The position numbers and the translations under genes are program-made. A DNA stretch of 50,834 nt, filler included, from Catajapyx aquilonaris (lineage: Eukaryota): NCBI GenBank assembly GCA_000934665.2. It is 3 parts of 3 records of this genome, joined end to end, with 100 filler letters (N's around TTAATTAATTAA, not from the genome) between each part and the next. Parts side by side here need not be neighbours in the genome. Positions count along the whole stretch, not along the records: positions 33,982 to 50,834 come from JYFJ02007088.1; 2 more parts are not named here. One strand, given 5' to 3'. Shown one piece after another: positions 46,161-50,834 of this stretch. A model generated the notes under the pieces. It was given only the letters and a program-made list of their open reading frames with translations, had not been told where the DNA came from and made no database searches. Within the stretch, counting starts at the first letter, position 1. Every line of letters begins with the position of its first letter.

Positions 46161-49100
46161 ATGGCGAACTCATCAGACTCTCTCTCCGGTGGATCTGGCT
46201 TCACGGCCTCCAAGGAGAGCTGGGCACGGACTGAAGCCAAAGTGATTTGCTTGCGTCATCGATGGAGTGTGTACAACTTCAGCTTCTACTGCATGGGCAA
46301 AGCTGGCGAAGTTGTTAAGTCTCCCACATTTTCAGCAGTTGTCGATGATGAGGCATGTATCATAATGCAAATTTCTACCATATACTAATAGATTAATGTG
46401 TACTCATGTAACACATCCAACAGAAGTATGAGGTGTGCATCAAATACCAATGCCTTGTAGAATTTCAATACAGCACCATCTCTAACTAGGATCTTCATTA
46501 ATAGAAGTTTTATGCTAGTCCCTTGGAGAGTCAGGTCACAGAAGTTGAGTTGTATCTGTATAACATAACAGTAGGGCTGGAACGAAAGTCAAAGCCACTT
46601 GCTCAAGGTTTTCCACATTCATGTAAACTACTAGCATAATGGTGGAGACGGGCTTGGGCACTACCTGAACCGAGTTAAGTGAAAAACCTGTCATGTCGGC
46701 ACCCCAATGCAAATATAGAGTAGTGCACTTGTTTTCAACCTTTTTATCGATTGCGACCCCCTAAACATGCTTTCATAAATGCAGGACCCCCTCAGTGCTT
46801 TTGATCTTAGGCCTGCGTATTCCCCCTGTACATCCAGCCAGAACTTCGTCAATTCTCCATCTTGAAATTTATCTTTCAGTTTGCGATTGCAGCACAGATC
46901 AATAAATTAGCTGCTCTCATTCATAAGTAGACAGATTTTCCTTTGAAAATTCGCTGAATAGATTTCTAACCTACTTGGCCTCTGCAATGTCCATGTCACC
47001 AAAATATTCCTCGATGCCCTCCGTATTTGCAAAGGTGTGGAGGTGACTTGCTCTTGAATTTTGTGCCACCAACCTCGATGTACTCTTGCAGCCTATGCAA
47101 CATTTCAAATGAAGATTGCTCCACTTTTTTCTGCCAGCCAGAGTTCGAGTTTTAATAAAAATGCACTTATTTTTTCATGCGATAATGTTGCTTGATTTGA
47201 CCCCTTGCAGAGAAATATTGAGCAGATTCAGTTTGTCACACACATCTGCAAAATATTCCAGCTAACACATTATTTGCAGTCATTGCATCTGCTTCACCTG
47301 GATAGCTTCTTTCCTTCAAATATAAGTACAGCTTGATTGGCTCCGTAGCTAGCCCTGTAGCAGGGCCTCTGCGGATAGAGGAGAGCATGAGACGAACGTT
47401 GCCACATTTCTCTCGCAGAACTGTGGCTCAAACATGAAACTGGTACCCAGTGTTTGCTAATTTTTTATTATTAAATTATTAATTATTGCACATAAATTGC
47501 AAAAAAAAATATAGTTGACCCAAAGCTCATGACCCCCAGCTACCCTGTCGTGACCCCCAGTTTGGAAACCATGGGAGTAGTGGATGCCATTCATGGTCTA
47601 CTGTGCAAGTACTCATTTTCACATGAAGTGACATTACCAGTTTTACATTGAACTTGTCAAGTCCTTCTCCATCACTATGATTGCAACTGTACACCAGTAA
47701 GTTGTGGTGTGCAGCCATCTACTGCCCATTGTAAGCCCTGATTTAGCTTGACTTAAAGATCACGTCAGTTCCTTAGGCAACATTTGCAAGGTCATAGGGT
47801 AAGTTGTGTCATGACAAGTCATAGTGACTGAACTAGCATGAAAAGGGTGGGTACTTGTAGTTCAAGACTAGAGTTCCACATCGGACTTGTTGTCCAACCT
47901 AGGTGTGCTCTCAGTTTTGCTTTGTGGGGAAAACCAACACAACTTGTCATGGGGTAGTTCTAAGATGGCCACGAGCCACGACTGAGTAGATTATGTCTCA
48001 TGCTCCAGAGTTTTGACAAAGGCTGCCATAATCGTGCTTCTGAATCTGCACAAAGGGTTTCTGGATTTATATAATCCATGGAACTTCAGTTACAATAACA
48101 CCCAAGTCACCTGACTCGAGAGGAAATTACTGCCATTTTACATCGTGTTAGCTCATCCCCTCTACAAGTAGCTCCAGCATTGAGTCTTGCATGGCACACT
48201 TATCTTGTAAACTTGTCCTACAACCAAGTTGCGCTATAAAAATGCTATTGTAGTTACAGTGGAGCATCGATTATCCGAACAGAGTCTGCCAAGGGGGTGT
48301 TCGGATAACTGATTGTTCAGATAACCGATCATTTACGGGGGGAAATTGTACCGGTGTCATAGGAGCAATATGAAACTAAGAAACAGTGATATTAACCACA
48401 AAACTGTATATTTTCTGTCACAGGCACGTCTTAAAAATACTGTACATGTACCTTACTGTCCTTACATGAAGTAGTCCTGCAGTTTAGGGGGGGAAGGCGT
48501 TTTTTTGTTGTCTTTTTTGTTTTTTGGGGGGGTTTTTGGTTGTTTTCTTAGTTTTTTGCCGACCCAAAAATGTTCGGTTAACCGATGCGATGGTTCGGTT
48601 GATCGGTGTTCGGATAATCGATGCTCCACTGTATTACATCCACCTCTGACTGCCCATGATCAAGTCAGTATTTAAGACAGTCACCATCCATAATATACAA
48701 TATTGTGCCTCCTCCTTTTCCTTCCAAAATAATCCTCCATTTCATGTTGAATAAAAAGTTCAGTGGTATGTACAAGAATCTCATGTAACGTAACATTAAC
48801 TAAAGCAATATAATTGAACAAAATCAAGATAAAGGTGGTTGCATAGTTTTGAAACTCTTGGTGGCATGATAATGTGGGTTGTAACCATGTTTTTGCATCC
48901 CTTGACTGTCTGCATTTCTGATTCCATTTCCTAACATGCAGGAGCAATTGGTACTTACTACCTACATAGAATTTGTAATGAATTGCCTTATCGTAACATC
49001 GTAATCTCTTTCAGATGAAATGCGAATGGTCCCTTGATCTCTACCCCATGGGGGAAACCGAGCACGACAAGGACTTTGTGGGTATTTTCCTTCGTCTGGT

Positions 49101-49962
49101 GACAAGCCGCTCTGATTCAGTGCGAACAAAATACCGCCTAGCAATTATGAACAGCAAGGGTGATGAAGGTAAGGCTTTGGAAACCACCTACAAGTTCATA
49201 TCAGGCTGGTCCTGGGGCTGGCCACGCTTCATCTGCCGTGAATTTCTGCTCAACTCAGCCAATGGCTTGCTCCGTGATGACCGACTGGTAATCACCTGTG
49301 AAGTCAGCATGGTGGTTGATGATGTAAATATATCTGGACAGAGCAAATCGAGCCATGTGTCAATAATGCAGAGCCGCATTGGGGATGACCTAGGAAAACT
49401 GCTTGAGGACAAAAAGTTTACAGACGTGGTCCTTGCTGTCAAGGGCCATGAATTTCGTGCACACAAGATTATACTGGCAGCTCGAAGCCCAGTGTTTGCA
49501 GCGATGTTTGACCACAATTTGAAGGAGGCAAACAGCAATCGGGTTGAGATAAGCGATGTTGAACCAGATGTAGCCGAGGCAATGCTGCATTTCATCTATA
49601 CAGACACTGTGACCAATTTGGATGAAATGACATGCAACTTGCTGGCGTGTGCCAACAAGTATGTGCTAGATCGTCTCAAATCTATCTGCGAGGACAAGCT
49701 AAGCTCTCAGCTGAGCGTTGAAACTGCTGCTGAAACCTTGATCTTAGCTGACTTGCACAATGCCTCACAGCTTAAGCGGCAGGCTGTCGAGTTCATCAAC
49801 ACGAATGCTGCTGCTGTGAAAGAAACTGTCAGCTGGAAGTCAAGCATCGTGTCTCATCCAGAGTTGCTGGCCGAGGTCTTTGATGCCCTTGTCACCCGCT
49901 GGGTTGGGGATCGCCGGAGTATGTCAGAGGAATGGGGAAATTCAGAGGTGTCAGATGACTAG
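46161..49962 (+). CDS. Speckle-type POZ (SPOP/roadkill)-like MATH-BTB protein, 379 aa, two coding exons
   Basis: Exon 46161-46352 (ESWARTEAKV...WSVYNFSF...KSPTFS) joined in phase 0 via GAG|gcatgt ... ttcag|ATG to 49015-49962 (NGLLRDDRLVITCEV, FTDVVL, FRAHKIILAARSPVFAAMF, LILADLHNASQLK, HPELLAE). Confidence 0.9.
46726..47574 (-). mobile_element. Deleted hAT (Charlie/Buster-like) element in the SPOP-like intron
   Basis: 8-bp TSD GAGTAGTG (46718-46725, 47575-47582); transposase fragments LEYFADVCDKLNLLNISLQG and LKDKFQDGELTKFWLDVQGEYAGLRSKAL. Confidence 0.88.
48257..48631. mobile_element. pogo/Tigger-like MITE, copy 2
   Basis: TA|CAGTGGAGCATCGATTATCCGAAC ... GTTCGGATAATCGATGCTCCACTG|TA. Confidence 0.92.
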
Positions 49963-50726
49963 TAAGTGTGAGGTGCTTCCAAAAAAGTGCTTCAGTGAAC
50001 TCAGCATCTTGAGTTGGATCATATCTGGGTCTCACAGTAGCATCTTGGCCCAGATCTGCAGTGACGACTGCAGAACCAGAGTAGGATATTCCTCTTTGCC
50101 CAGAAGTAACTCATTGATATTTCTGGGAGTGAAAGTCTATAGGCTCATATGAATTCGTTTCAGGTCACGTAAATTATGATTCATACACAATATAGCAACT
50201 CATTTTCATCACAATTTAAACAGCCAATAATCCAGACTTATCACTTTTTGATGTATCCTACTCTGGTTCTGAAAACATAAATTATAGCCTAAATGGTGTG
50301 TTCAGAAACTATTTCTGTCAACCTGCTACATTGACACTACAGACTGACTTAACTAGGTTGGAAATTTGCTATCAGAGGATCAACTGACAGGTGTCTGAAT
50401 TAATTCTATGGTTCTGTAGGAGATGGAGTGCAGTACTTTCAGAAACATTTTTGACTCTTAAGAAGGCTAAAGCCTTTTGGAAGCCTGTATTATCTCACAT
50501 GCACCTGTGGGACCAATTGCTGCTATTTGCATGACTTTGTTCATTATGCTTCCTTCCTCTGTCTGACTTGGTCTTTAACTGACCCCCTCAAGCAGTGAGT
50601 TTGAATAATATTCTTAATAATATTTCCTATCCCATTGAGTGACTGAAGCATGCAAAAGGCCCTATTATTGTGTCCATTTCATTTCTGTCAAAAGTCAAGC
50701 ATGTTCTGTTCCATAATAATTATGTA

Positions 50727-50834
50727 CAGTCGCCGACATATTGATTGAATCACTTGCGAGCCGATTTCTAACGTTATCCTGGATATTCAGAGCAATACCG
50801 CACAACATCTTGCGAAATCCAGTGAGGCGACGCG
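50727..50834. mobile_element. Possible Tc1-like left end running off the window
   Basis: TA|CAGTCGCCGACATATTGATTGAATCACT followed by CpG-rich sequence; the partner TIR is not visible. Confidence 0.4.

Noticed and set aside
7563..49962. Functional ubiquitin-pathway cluster (ATG3, FANCL, USP relic, SPOP-like)
   Set aside because: Such genes are numerous, two gaps interrupt the linkage and the USP is a transposon relic; there is no evidence beyond coincidence.

Overview
Eukaryotic, intron-rich genomic DNA. The gene set and repeat landscape look like an arthropod, probably an insect, draft assembly with three N-gaps; the species cannot be determined from the sequence alone. Six host genes were reconstructed by hand from splice sites and reading phase: an ankyrin-repeat gene (-, runs off the window start), ATG3 (-, complete, 320 aa), a Rubicon-like RUN-domain gene (+, 5' part only), FANCL (-, RING exon not seen), a two-domain nucleotidyltransferase-like/glucuronokinase gene (+), and a divergent SPOP/roadkill-like MATH-BTB gene (+, probable GC-AG intron). 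Introns and intergenic DNA are packed with nested TIR elements (mariner, Tc1/pogo-like, hAT, piggyBac-like, Kolobok-like, long foldbacks) and tRNA-derived SINEs. The most unusual items are: (1) an internally deleted rolling-circle (Helitron/Helentron-like) element whose PIF1 helicase was fused to a full USP/peptidase-C19 deubiquitinase domain; (2) a young 147-bp-TIR element, in two copies, carrying a tRNA-Met-like Pol III cassette with its own T-run terminator; (3) a spliced, degraded DUF4806-like gene next to a CMC/EnSpm-like terminus, which the ORF track shows only as fragments; (4) MITEs that appear to swap cores and termini. Family assignments come from recalled motifs; no database searches were run.
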